64,000 nucleotides of DNA from assembly GCF_018350175.1 (NCBI RefSeq), contig NC_058368.1:83640001-83704000 (forward strand), in the 5' to 3' direction. Positions 49,823 to 61,950 of the stretch are shown piece after piece. Origin of the DNA: Felis catus (taxonomy: Eukaryota). Position numbers and translations under genes: made by a program. The notes beneath the pieces were generated by a model, which searched no databases, was not told the DNA's origin, and worked only from the letters and a program-made list of their open reading frames with translations. The first letter of the stretch is position 1. Every line of letters begins with the position of its first letter.

Positions 49823-52542
49823 GATAAAAACCCTCAAGAAAGTAGGGATAGAAGGAGCATACCTCGAGATCATAAAGCCATATATGAACGACCCAATGCT
49901 AATATCATCCTCAATGGGGAAAAACTGAGAGCTTTCCCCCTAAGGTGAGGAACAAGACAGGGATGTCCACTCTCGCCACTGTTATTCAACAGTGTGTTGG
50001 AAGTCGTAGCCTCTGCAATCAGACAACACAAAGAAATAAATGGAATCCAAATCAGCCAGGAGGTGGTCAAACTTTCACTCTTCGCACATGACATGATACT
50101 CTACATGGAAAACCCAAAAGATTCCACCAAAAACCTTCTAGAATTGATTCATGAATTCAGCAAAGTTGCAGGATATAAAATCAATGCACAGAAATCGGTT
50201 GCATTCCTATACACCAAAAATAAAATGACAGAAAGAGAAATCAAGGAATCGATCTCATTTACAGTTGCACAAAAAACCATAAAATACCTAGGAATAAATC
50301 TAACCAAAGAGGTGAAAAATCTATACGCTGAAAACTATAGAAAGCTTATGAAAGAAACTGAAGACAGAAACAAATGGAAAAAGATCCCATGCTCCTTGGT
50401 AGGAAGAACAAATATTGTTAAAATGTCGACACTACCAAAGCAATCTACATATTCAATGCAATCCTTATCAAAATAACACCAGCATTCTTCACACAGAGCT
50501 AGAAAAAATAATCCTAAAATTTGTATGGAACCAGAAAAGACCCCGAATAGCCAAAGAAATCTTGAAAAAGAAAACCAAAGCAGGAGGCATCACAATCCCA
50601 GACATCAAGCTGTACTACAAAGCTGTAATCATCAAGACAGTATGGTACCAGCAGAAGAACAGACACTCAGATCAATGGAATAGAATAGAGAACCCAGAAA
50701 TGCACCCACAAACGTATGACCAACTAATCTTTGACAAAGCAGGAAAGAATATCCAATGAAATAAAGACAGTCTCTTCAGCTAGTGGTGCTGGGACAACAG
50801 GACAGTGACATGCAGATGAATGAACCTGGACCACTTTCTTATGCCAAACACAAAAATGAACTCAAAATGGATGAAAGACTAAATGTAAGACAGGAAGCCA
50901 TCAAAATCATTGAGGAGAAGGCAAGCAAAAACCTCTTTGATCTTGTCCGCAACAACATCTCACTCAACATGTCTCTGGAGGCAAGGGAAACAAAAGCAAA
51001 ATGAACTATTGAGATCTCATCAAAATAAAAAGCCTCTGCACAGTGAAGAATATCATCAGCAAAACTAAAAGGCAAATGATAGAGGGGGAGAAGATATTTG
51101 CAAATGACATATCAGATAAAGGTTAGGAACCAAAATCTATAAAGAACATATCAAACTCAACACCCAAAAAACAACTAATCCAGTGAAGAAATGGGCAAAA
51201 GACATGAATAGACACTTCTCCAAAGAAGACATCCAGGTGGCCTATCAACGCATGAAAAAATGCTCGATATCACTCATCATCAGGGGAATACAAATCAAGA
51301 CCACAATGAGATACCACCTTACTCCTGTGAGAATGGCTAACATTAACAACTCAGGCAACAACAGATGTTGGCTTGGATGCGAAGAAAGAGGATCTGTTTT
51401 GCATTGCTGGTGGGAATGCAAAATGCTGCAGCCACTCTGGAAAACAGTATGGAGGTTCGTCAAAAAATTAGGAATAAAACTACCCCATGACCCAGCAATT
51501 GAACTACTAGGTATTTACTCAAATAACTCAAAAGTTCTAATCCAATGGGTACATGCACCCTGATGCTTATAACAGCATTACCTATAATACTCAAATTATG
51601 GAAATAGTTCAAGTGTCCATCAACTGCATAGTTAAACCAGAAGCAGTGTACATATTCAGTGGAATACTACTCAGGAATAAAATGAATGAAATCTTGCCAT
51701 TTGCCATGAAATGTATGAAGCCAGAAGGATTTATGGTAAGTGAGATAGATCAAAGAAAGACAAATACCACATAATTTCACTAATGTGGAATTAAAGAAAC
51801 AAAAGAAATGAGCAAGGGGAAAACAGAGAGACAAACCATAACACAGAACCTTAACTATAGAGATGAAACTGTTACCAGAGGTGATGTGTGTGGGGGATGG
51901 GTTAAATAGGTAATGGGGACTAAATATACACTTATGATGAGCACTGGGTGTTGTTTGGAAGTTTTAAATCACTATATTTTATACCAGAACCTAATTTTAT
52001 ACTTTATATTAACTAACTGGAATTTAAATTGTAAATTAAAAAAAATAATAGGAGAATTTAACATTTTACTTATATCAATGAATAGATCAAACAGAAAATT
52101 CACAAGAAAACAGTGGCTTTGAATGACATTTTGGAACAGATTAAACTAACAGATACATTCAGAATTTTTCATTTTCAAATAGCAGATTACACATTATTTT
52201 CAAGTGCACATAAAACATTCTCCAAAATAAAACATTTATTAAGCCACAGAACAAGATTAACAATCACAAGAATACTGAGGTCATACCATGCATCTCTTCT
52301 GACAACATCATTATGAAATTGGAAATTGGAAGAGCACAAAAAAATCTGAACAAGAAAAATCTGAAAGAACACAAAACTATGAAGGTTAAATAATATGTTA
52401 CTAAACAATGAAATCAAAGATGAAATAAAAAAATACTTGAAGATAATGAAAATAAAAACACAACAGTCCAAAATATTTGGTATGTAACAAAACATTTCTA
52501 AGTAAGAAGTGATAGGCAAAAAAAGATTTCAAAAAGCAAAAA

Positions 52543-52544
52543 AA

Positions 52545-52579
<35 letters not shown>

Positions 52580-52580
52580 A
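52543..52580. repeat. (TAAA)n microsatellite
   Basis: Direct reading. Confidence 0.92.
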
Positions 52581-53114
52581 CTACCTAATGTTATGAAAAA
52601 AAGAACCTAGAAAAAGAAAAGCAAACAAAATCCAAAACCAGTAAAAGGAAGCAAATAATAAAGATTACAGCTGAAATGAACACATCAGAAAATGAAAACA
52701 AAAACAAAGAAAAAAAAACAATAGAACATATCAATTAAATGCAAAGCTCATTCTATGAATGACCTGCAGAACTGATAAACTCTTAGCCAAACTCATTAGA
52801 AACAAGAGAGACAAGACTCAAAAACAGATCAGAAATGAAAGAAGAGAAATGACAATGAATAGCACACAAATGCAAAGAATTATAAAAGGGTAGTTAGAAA
52901 AATTATATGCCAACAAAGTGGAAAATCCAGCAGAAATAGACAAATTCCTAGAAACACACAACCTTCCAAAATAAATAAGGAAGAAATAGAAAATTTGAAC
53001 ACCCTCATTTCCAGCAATGAATTGAATCAGTAAAGAAAATATTACCAAAAAACAGAAGATCAGGACCAGATGACATCAAAGGTGAATTCTACCAAACGTT
53101 TAAGAAGAATTAAT

Positions 53115-54594
53115 ATCCATTCATCAGTTGATGGACATTTAGGCTCTTTCCATAATTTGGCTATTGTTAAAAGTGCTGCTATAAACATTGGGGTACAAGT
53201 GCCTCTATGCGTCAGCACTCCTATATCCCTTGGGTAAATTCCTACCAGTGCTATTGCTGGGTCATAGGGTAGGTCTATTTTCAATTTTTTTTGAATATGA
53301 AATTTATTGTCAAATTGGTTTCCATACAACACCCAGTGCTCATCCCAAAAGGTGCCCTCCTCAATACCCATCACCCCCCTACCCCCTTCCCACCCCCCAT
53401 CTACCCTCAGTTTGTTCTCAGTTTTTAAGAGTCTCTTATGCTTTAGCTCTCCCCCTCTCTAACCTCTTTTTTTTCCTTCCCCTCTCCCATGGTCTTCTGT
53501 TAAGTTTCTCAGGATCCACATAAGAGTGAAAACATACGGTATCTGTCTTTCTCTGTATGACTTATTTCACTTAGCATAACACTTTCCAGTTCCATCCACA
53601 TTGCTACAAAGGCCATATTTCATTCTTTCTCATTGCCACACTGAGATATCACCTCACGCCAGTCAGAGTGGCTAAAATGAACAAATCAGGAGAGTAGATG
53701 CAGGAGAGGATGTGGAGAAATGGGAACCCTCCTGCACTGTTGGTGGGAATGCAAACTGCTGCAGCCGCTCTGGAACAGTGTGGACATTCCTCAAAAAATG
53801 AAAAATAGATCTACCCTATGAACCAGTAATAGCACTGTTAGGAATTTACCCAAGGGATACAGGAGTGCTGATGCATAGGGGCACTTGTACCCCAATGTTT
53901 ATAGCAGCACTCTCAACAATAGCCAAATTATGGAAAGAGCCAAAATGTCCATCAACTGATGAATGGATAAAGAAATTGTGGTTTATATACACAACGGAAT
54001 ACTATGTGGCAATGAGAAAGAATGAAATATTTTTAATTTTTTGAGGAACCTCCACACTGTTTTCCAGAGTGGCTGCACCAGTTTGCATTCCCACCAACAG
54101 TGCAAGAGGGTTCCTGTTTCTCCACATCCTCTCCAGCGTTTATAATCTCTTAATTTGTTCATTTTAGCCACTCTGACTGGCGTGAGGTAATATCTCAGTG
54201 TGGATAAATAAATTATGGTTTATATACACAATGGAATACTACTTGGCAATGAGAAAGAATGAAAGATGGCCTTCTGTAGCAACGTGGATGGAACTGGAGA
54301 GTGTTATGTTAAGTGAAATAAGTCATACAGAGAAAGACAGATACCATATGTTTTTACTCTTATGTGGATCCTGAGAAACTTAACAAAAGACCATGGGGGA
54401 GGGGAAGAAAAAAAAAGTTAGAGAGGGAGGGAGGCAAACCATAAGAGACTCTTAAAAACTGAGAATAAACTGAGGGTTGATGGGGGGTGGGAGGGAGGGG
54501 AAAGTGGGTGATGGGTATTGAGGAGGGCACCTGTTGGGATGAGCACTGGGTATTGTATGGAAACCAATTTAACAATAAATTTCATATTAAAAAA
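53115..54594 (+). mobile_element. Twin-primed L1 (outer) containing a second, oppositely oriented twin-primed L1 (53291-54027)
   Basis: Outer TSD taagaaga(a/g)ttaat (53101-53114, 54595-54608); inner TSD tatttt(c/t)aatttttt (53276-53290, 54028-54042); five segments in orientation -,-,+,-,+. Confidence 0.85.
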
Positions 54595-56014
54595 TAAGAA
54601 GAGTTAATCCTATTCTTCTCAAACTCTTCAAAAAAATAGAGTAAAGAGAGTTTCAAAATTCATTCTATGAGGCCAGCATTACCCAGATACCAACCAAAAT
54701 GAAAGATTACAAAAATAAAGAGACATGGTGTTGAGTATCCTTTAAGAATACAGATGCAAAAATTCTCTAGAAACAGTCGTTCAATATTTGCAAATCAATC
54801 AATGTGACATGAATCAACAAAAGAAAGATTTTTTTTTAATTACCATTTCCATTGATGCAGAAAAAGTTTTCACCAAGTATAACCTCCACTCATATTTTTT
54901 TAAAAGTAATTTAGTGGGAACATACCTCAACAAAATAAAAGTCATATATCAAAATTGATAGCTAATTTAATACTTAATGACAAAGAACTGAGAGCTTTTC
55001 CCCTGAGATCTGGAACAAGGCAAAGTCACTCTCATCACTTTTATTCAGCAAAGTAGTGGAAATCCCAGCCACAGCAATCTGAAAACAAAAAGAAATAAAA
55101 GGCATCCAAATTGGTAAGGAAGAAGGGAAATTTTCACTATTTGTAGATGACATGATACCATATACAGACAACTCTAAAGACTCCACCAAAAACCTACTAG
55201 ATTTGCTAAATAAACTCAGTAAGGTCACAGTATACAAAATCAGTATGCAGAAATCTGTTGCATTTCTACAAACTATTAATCAGGTAACAGAAAGAAATTA
55301 GGAAGACAATCTCATTTACAATGGCACCAAAAATAACAAAATACCTAAGAATAAACTTAACCAAAGAGGTTGACATATCATTTAGTCCATGAGCTTCAGA
55401 GGCTGCATCATTGAAAGAGAACTATATCAATATCTCACACAATACTCTTGAAATGAAGTGAGGGTAGATATATACAATATAAGAAAAATATTTTATAATG
55501 TGAAAAAGGCTACTTATAAACTGTCCTCTATTTCACAGATAAGAGTTTATAGCTGATGGTGAAGTTTTAGATTATATTAGTTAAGATTTCCAGTTTATTA
55601 ATAACAAAAGATTTTAAAAAGACATGAGGAGAGACACAGAACAGTGCAACATAGATACCTATTACCTTTTGTGGTTGTTTTTCGGTCTCTTAATTGCATT
55701 CTTCTTCAAAGCTCCAGAAGGAATTTCTGCAATAGCAAAGTTCATCAACTCCCATGTGGGCATAATAAAACCAGGATAGACTCGCTTTCCTGTTTATCTT
55801 TATGCAGTTAACCATGGCCACACTCCATTACTCATATGGATAAGGGTTGCAGCATCATTTGATGCTGAGTTCAATCATATAAAAAGAACTGCAAAAGCAA
55901 AAAGGTAATTATTGTTTTTGACTTGTTCTCCTTCTGATGCATACTATTAATTCTTGAACATATTTTCTCAACTTTTCCCCATCATCTATTTTTATGTAGA
56001 AAAGCAAATGCATT

Positions 56015-56130
56015 TTTTAAATTCAAGTATAATTAATGTACAGTGTTATATTAGTTTCCATTGTACAATATATTGATTCAACAATTTATACATTTCTCAG
56101 TGCTCATCAGGATAAGTGTACTCTTAATTG
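56015..56130 (-). mobile_element. Short carnivore L1 3' tip
   Basis: tacagtgttatattagtttccattgtacaatattgattcaacaat...cagtgctcatc. Confidence 0.75.
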
Positions 56131-56419
56131 CTCTTTTTTGATTGAATATTTAATATAACAATAATTTACTGCAACATGTTAAGAAATAGGCTTTTATTTC
56201 CATTATGTAGGGACAAAAGACTACACATTCCTTCTATAATATTGGATGATGATTTTGTTTTCTTGAAGCTGAAATTTTACAGAATAACTAAGACTGACTC
56301 TTCTTTGAGTGGGAATTATTTCTGGGAGTTAAAAACTGAAACAAATGTCTCAATAATATTTATTTTCTTAGATGAAACTAACAGTGAGGGGTTATTCCGA
56401 ATTGTAGACTGTGGAAGGA

Positions 56420-56670
56420 AGATAGTATTTTAGAGAGCTAAGACAGCATTATAGGCTCTGAGCCCCAATATCTGAGTTGAGACACAAATCTTCCCTGAGA
56501 TAAATTATGTTGTGCTAGGCAGATGCCCTAGGAATCTGAATTATTTAATTTGTAAAAGGAGAAAATAAGGTGAGGATGTACCTCAGTGACTCTTGGGGAA
56601 GATAAAACATCGTAAAGCAAGAGAACAATTTCTGGGATGCTGTCACCTCAAATAAAGATTTGATGCTATT
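56420..56670 (+). mobile_element. MIR element (ancient SINE), degenerate
   Basis: Colinear with the MIR core as I recall it: ggctctg...tgtaaaaggagaaaataa...tacctcag...gtaaagca...ctcaaataaa...gctatt. Confidence 0.6.
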
Positions 56671-56933
56671 CTGTTACCACTATTAATAATTCTCCCAAAT
56701 TAAATAGTGCACTGTTCTGTTTATATTAAACTAAAGAAATTGGATTCAGAAACGTAGGAATAAACATGGAGGCCAATTACTTTACATGGTACAGATGGCA
56801 TTCTATTGTCTGTCTGGTGTGCCAGGTGGACTCTTCAGAGTGACTTGATCACAGTCACTATCATTTACCAAATTGCAATAAAGATTTATTTCACTTTGAC
56901 CACAAATATTGACTCAGAAATCAGGTATATTTT

Positions 56934-57158
56934 GGGTCACCTGAGTGGTTCAGTAAGTTAAGTTTCCAACTTCGGCTCAGGTCATGATTTCACTGTTTGT
57001 GAGTTTGAGCCCCACGTTGGGCTCTGTGCTGACCTCTCAAAGCCTGAAGCCTGCTTCAGATTTTGTGTCTCCTTCTCCCTCTGCCTGTCCCCCTCTCATG
57101 CTCTGTTTGTCTGTCTCTCTCTCAAAAATAAATAAATATTTTAAGATATTAAAAAAAA
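56934..57158 (+). mobile_element. CanSINE
   Basis: TSD agaaa(t/g)caggtatatttt (56916-56933, 57159-57176). Confidence 0.92.
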
Positions 57159-57489
57159 AGAAAGCAGGTATATTTTGCTCCTATTGGGCTGTTTTTAATT
57201 TTACAGTTTCATCTGCCATTAGGTGTGGTTTTGGCAGATTAGTCTTTGGAATCATAAGAGTATAGAATGCTTCGAAAGTTGGAGATTATTCCTGAAATAT
57301 TCCTGTACCATAACCACTTCTCAACTTTTTCTGGAGAGAAGAAACAATATTCCTTTTTTTGTTGTTGGTGGTGAGTACTTTGAAAATTTAACATTTAACA
57401 TATCAGAAATTGAAAAGCTGCAAATGTTTATATTCATAAGAGAATATGGAAAATAATTTGTTAGTGATTCTATTAAGAAAGGAAAGATA

Positions 57490-57712
57490 GGGGCACCTGG
57501 GTGGCGCAGTCAGTTGGGCGTCCGACTTCAGCCAGGTCACGATCTCGTGGTCTGTGAGTTCGAGCCCCGCGTCGGGCTCTGGGCTGATGGCTCAGAGCCT
57601 GGAGCCTGTTTCCGATTCTGTGTCTCCCTCTCTCTCTGCCCCTCCCCCGTTCATGCTCTGTCTCTCTCTGTCCCAAAAAAAATAAATAAAAACGTTGAAA
57701 AAAAATTTAAAA
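57490..57712 (+). mobile_element. Young feline CanSINE
   Basis: Perfect 15-bp TSD aagaaaggaaagata (57475-57489, 57713-57727); CpG-rich. Confidence 0.95.
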
Positions 57713-57784
57713 AAGAAAGGAAAGATATATTTTACTACTATTGTACTTTCTTATTTTGAGCTATTTTAAAATTCTACTTTAAAT

Positions 57785-57836
57785 CACACACACACTCACA
57801 CTAACACACACACACACACACACATACACACACACA
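57785..57836. repeat. (CA)n imperfect microsatellite
   Basis: Direct reading. Confidence 0.9.
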
Positions 57837-59059
57837 ATAGTTTTGCCTGAATAGATGGACTGTGACCTACTTCAGTGTAACCAATTTAAATTTTCTTTTT
57901 TTTGTCTTTAGCATTTAACAAAGATGTAGGGTTTGAGTAGCCAGATATAAGAGGGGAAAGGAATTAGAGTTAGAAACAACTCAGTGTTGTTAAGTTTTTC
58001 TCCATGCATCTCAGCTTCTATGAAAAAATATGTTGCTATAGACAATAAGGTAGATAATGCTTATGGAAACAACTAAAGCCTAGTCTTGTAAATGGAAATG
58101 ATCTTCTACATGCCAGAGCTTTCCTCCTTAAATTTAAAATAAATAGTAGGAACTTTAAATAAATGAAGCTGGATGAGTATATACTAGGCAAAATTAAGGT
58201 AGGACTCCCCATAAAGATCTGTTGAACCAAAGTTAAAATAAGAAATACATATATGTAGTCTGGGACTATAGAAATTACCAAACCCCAATTCTTATGTGTA
58301 TGAATAGATACTAAAATTAAGCAAACCAAAGAAATTCATCTTATATTATTAAACAAAAAAATGATAACAACCATCTCTTACAGAGAATCTACACAATAAT
58401 TATTGAAGATCTTAACTCTTTAACAATATATGGACTCATTAATCTGTAACTAGTAATGTCTAAGCACTTTTACTATTTTAATCTGGAATATACTTAAGAT
58501 TTAACCTTATTATCCTCTTTTATGTAAAGTGGACTAAAGAATGGTAGTTAGAAGATAATCTGGACCTACAGTTATAGTCCAGAGTCAAAGTGTTAGCTCC
58601 TAAATTGATGTCCCTATCATATCTTAGGGGTTGGCCATTGGTGAGGACTGTTCCTGTGGATGCATGGCTTACTCCACAGAACATCAGAGATCACATTCTG
58701 CCTGATTGTTCAGGCAAAGGGTATTCAAACTTTTGTTATGAGTATTCTCCAAATTACGTTTCAGTTATTTTCTAAATCTTGCTTATATGGAATGTATCTC
58801 TCAGAGTTTTTAAGATCCAGTTGGATACTTAAACCAGAGAAGTTGATTCCATTTTAACTTCTATAACAAAAAAAAAGTCTAGAAATAAGGGGTTTTATTC
58901 TTTAGGACAGTGATTCACTTTTTGTATTTTTGTAGGGAAGTGATTCTGCAAGTTCCCATGCTCATTGATAAACAACACTATGATCAGGAAATTTCAAAAT
59001 ACTGAGCTTAAGGAGGAAAAAAAACCACAAAAATGAAAGAAAAACACAATGTCATGGAC

Positions 59060-59765
59060 TATATTTCTTATGTTTTGCCTTTATTCCTGTGACTTATTTA
59101 TTCCATAACTAGAGGCCAGTATCTCCCATTCTTCTTCACCCATTTTGTCATTGGTACACCAGTTTCTTCTCTGGCAACCATCAGTTACTCCTCTGTATTT
59201 ATAGGTCTGACTCTGCTTTTTTAAAGTTTTTTTATGTTTATTCATTTTTGAAAGACAAAGAGAGACGGAGCACAAGCAGGGGTGGGGTGGAGAGAGAGGG
59301 GTCACAGGATCTGAAGCAAGCTCCAGGCTCTGAGCTGTCAGCACAGAGCCCAAAGTGGGGCTCGAACTCATGAACCACGAGATCATGACCTGAGCAGAAG
59401 TCAGATGCTCAACCCACTGAGCTACCCAGGCGCCCCCACCCCTTTTTTGTTGTTTATTAATTTGTATTTTTCCATTCTACATATGGGATTGAAATCATGT
59501 GGTATTTGTCTTTCACAGCGAGATTTATTTCACTTAACATAGTACCATCTAGGCCCATCATGTTGTCAAAAAGGGCACAAACTTAAGGATTTTATAACTG
59601 CATAATATTCCATTGTGTGTGTGTGTTCTGTGCATATACACATACACACAATCACTCCTAAATTATGCACCCATATATTGACAGACACTCAAGTGCCCAT
59701 GTCAAGATATGTAAATACATATCTTGGCTGTTGTAAATAATGCTGCCATAAGCATAAGGGTGTAT
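59060..59765 (-). mobile_element. Old L1 3' end (interrupted by a SINE)
   Basis: cctgtgacttatttattccataact...ctctggcaaccatcagtt...ggtatttgtcttt...ttatttcacttaacat. Confidence 0.7.
59218..59436 (-). mobile_element. CanSINE
   Basis: ...ctgagctacccaggcgcccc. Confidence 0.9.
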
Positions 59766-59769
59766 ATAT

Positions 59770-60160
59770 AAATTTATAACGCAATATTACTCATGAAAAA
59801 TAATAAAATCTTGCCATTTGCAGCGACATGTTTGGAGCTATAGAGTATTATGTTAAGCAAAAGATGTCAGTCAGAGAAAGACAAATACCATATGATTTCA
59901 CCCATATGTGGATTTAAGAATGATAACAAATGAGCAAAGGGAAAACAAGAGAGAGAGGCAAACCAAGAAACAGGCTCTTACTACTGAGAACAAACTGATG
60001 GTTACCAGAGGGGAGGTTGGTGGGAGATGGGTTAAATAAGTGATGGGGATTAAGGAATGCACTTGTTATATGGAAGTATTTAATCACTATATTGTGCACC
60101 TGGGACTAATATTACACTATATGTTAACTAAGTGGAATTGAAAGAAAAACATGAAAAAAT
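59770..60160 (+). mobile_element. Carnivore L1 3' end
   Basis: aaatcttgccatttgcagcgacatg...gagaacaaactgatggttaccagagg...tacactatatgttaacta. Confidence 0.8.
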
Positions 60161-60399
60161 AAATGTCATAAAGATTTGAAAAAAATAATAAACCTAGAGG
60201 TGAATATATCTTTTTGATTTGTGTTTTTGTTATCTTTGGGGAACAAATATTTTTGATTCACATATGTGAATTCTTAGAATTCAATTAAATTTGTTCGATT
60301 ACAGGTAATTTTTAATCCTAATATACACTAGCCCTTGGAAAGTCCCCTTATTACTATAGTGGATTGCCACCTGTAAACATAAACACACACACACACAAG

Positions 60400-60420
60400 C
60401 TCACTAAAAATTTATTTCAG
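60400..60420 (+). promoter_or_regulatory. Probable splice acceptor (branch-like cactaa, tttatttcag) of the OR coding exon
   Basis: 65 nt upstream of the ATG; conserved with the pseudogene paralogue; OR genes typically have upstream non-coding exons. Confidence 0.6.
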
Positions 60421-60485
60421 GTGATCATATCCCATTAGTGATCTATTAACTACATAGTTTTCCTTGGTGATCTGGGTGATATCCA

Positions 60486-61448
60486 ATGGAGAACAACACT
60501 TGGGTGAACAACCATACTGGACGATCAGATTTTGACCTAGTGGGACTCTTCAGTCAATCCAAGCACCCAGCTCTCCTTTGTGTGGTAATTTTAGTGGATT
60601 TCCTGATGGCTTTGTCTGGAAACATCATCCTGATCCTTCTGATATACTTTGATGCTCACCTTCATAATCCCATGTACTTTTTTATCACCCAGTTGTCTCT
60701 CATGGATGTGATGTACATTTCTGTCACTGTGCCCAAGATGCTCATGGACCAGGTCATGGGTGTGAATAAGATCTCAGCCCCCGAATGTGGGATGCAGATG
60801 TTTCTCTATTTGACACTAGGAGGTTCAGAATTTTTCCTTCTAGCAGCTATGGCCTATGACCGCTATGTGGCTATCTGCCATCCACTCCGTTATCCTATCC
60901 TCATGAACAATAGGGTGTGTCTCCTCCTGGTGTCTTCTTCCTGGTTTCTGGGATCTGTGGATGGATTTATGATAACCCCCATCACCATGACCTTACCCGT
61001 CTGCAGATCTCGGGAGATCTATCATTTCTTCTGTGAAGTTCCTGCTGTAATGAAACTTTCCTGCTCAGACACTTCCCTCTATGAGACATTCATGTACCTC
61101 TGTTGTGTCATCTCACTCCTCTTCCCTGTGACAGTCATTTCAAGCTCCTATTCTTTCATCCTCTTCACCATCCACAGGATGAAGTCAGCAGAGGGGCGGA
61201 AGAAGGCCTTTGCCACTTGTTCTTCCCACATGACCGTGGTCGTCCTCTTCTATGGGGCTGCTGTCTATACCTACATGCTCCCCAACACCTACCACACCCC
61301 TGAGAAGGACATGATTGTATCTGTCTTTTACACCATACTCACTCCTGTTCTAAACCCTTTAATTTATAGTCTTAGGAATAAGGATGTTACAAGGGCTCTA
61401 AAAAAAATGTTGAATGTTAAGTCTGTCTCTCAGGAAAGTATAAAATAG
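60486..61448 (+). CDS. Class II olfactory receptor, OR2T subfamily (OR2T5/OR2T29-like), single coding exon, 320 aa
   Basis: All hallmark motifs present: [59 protein letters not shown]-glycosylation sequons at N3 and N9; OR2T-type [24 protein letters not shown] and YHTPEKD. The exact orthologue cannot be assigned by eye. Confidence 0.96.
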   Translation: MENNTWVNNHTGRSDFDLVGLFSQSKHPALLCVVILVDFLMALSGNIILILLIYFDAHLHNPMYFFITQLSLMDVMYISVTVPKMLMDQVMGVNKISAPECGMQMFLYLTLGGSEFFLLAAMAYDRYVAICHPLRYPILMNNRVCLLLVSSSWFLGSVDGFMITPITMTLPVCRSREIYHFFCEVPAVMKLSCSDTSLYETFMYLCCVISLLFPVTVISSSYSFILFTIHRMKSAEGRKKAFATCSSHMTVVVLFYGAAVYTYMLPNTYHTPEKDMIVSVFYTILTPVLNPLIYSLRNKDVTRALKKMLNVKSVSQESIK

Positions 61449-61689
61449 GAAATATTTGTACTAATGTTTTTTTTTTTTTTCTTCACTGTACAGATTAAAA
61501 GTAGGATCCAATGCCAATGTTTTTCCTTAGATTCTCATACCATGATGTGTCATTACCTGTTCATCCTTTCTGGAGGCAACATTTCCCTATAATGGAATGC
61601 TTCATTTTTACACTTCTGCAGTCAAATATTTGTACAATTGTATTGTATTCATGCTACATTTTTCTGTAGTTCATAGCTGCACTGTGATT

Positions 61690-61950
61690 CTGTGGGAAAA
61701 TATGCATATTCTTTGGAAATATATAATTAAATATTTAGAAACAAAGATCATAATGTGTGCAACTGATAGAGAGGGAGAGAGATGGAGAGAGAGATGATAA
61801 AGCAAATGGGGTAAAAAGTTAATAAGTGAATCTAGGCAAAGGGTGTATTAATTGTTTATTGTACTATTATTAATATTTATACGAATTTACTATTACCATT
61901 ATTCATACTAATTTTCTGTAAATTTGAAATTAGTTAAGAATAAAACGTAA
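61690..61950 (+). mobile_element. Ancient L1 (L1MC/MD-like) 3' end
   Basis: gatgataaagcaaatggggtaaaa...gtgaatctaggcaaagggtg...tttctgtaaatttgaaatt...aataaa. Confidence 0.6.

Larger units (their letters stand above)
47049..52045 (+). mobile_element. LINE-1 with 5' UTR joined directly to mid-EN (ORF1 deleted); dead RT; 3' end looks older/chimeric
   Basis: gggaggagccaagatggc start; junction at ~48073; RT fragment 49994-50476 reads LFAHDMILY (normally FADD); CCHC ORF 51183-51563. Confidence 0.88.
52046..55370 (+). mobile_element. Old L1 ORF2 (EN to RT), host of the nested insertion
   Basis: ggagaatttaaca EN motif; ggtgaattctaccaaacg; ctatttgtagatgacatgata (FVDD). Confidence 0.8.

Noticed and set aside
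49994..50759. Reverse transcriptase ORFs as an active or domesticated RT
   Set aside because: Fragmented by frameshifts, and the catalytic FADD reads FAHD.
59048..60169. Opposed L1 3' ends as a single twin-primed insertion (aatgtcat on both sides)
   Set aside because: Only 8 bp match, and the halves overlap in L1 coordinates and look like different subfamilies.
61103..61303. Alternative-frame ORF inside the OR CDS
   Set aside because: Short, non-ATG start, no motif; expected by chance.
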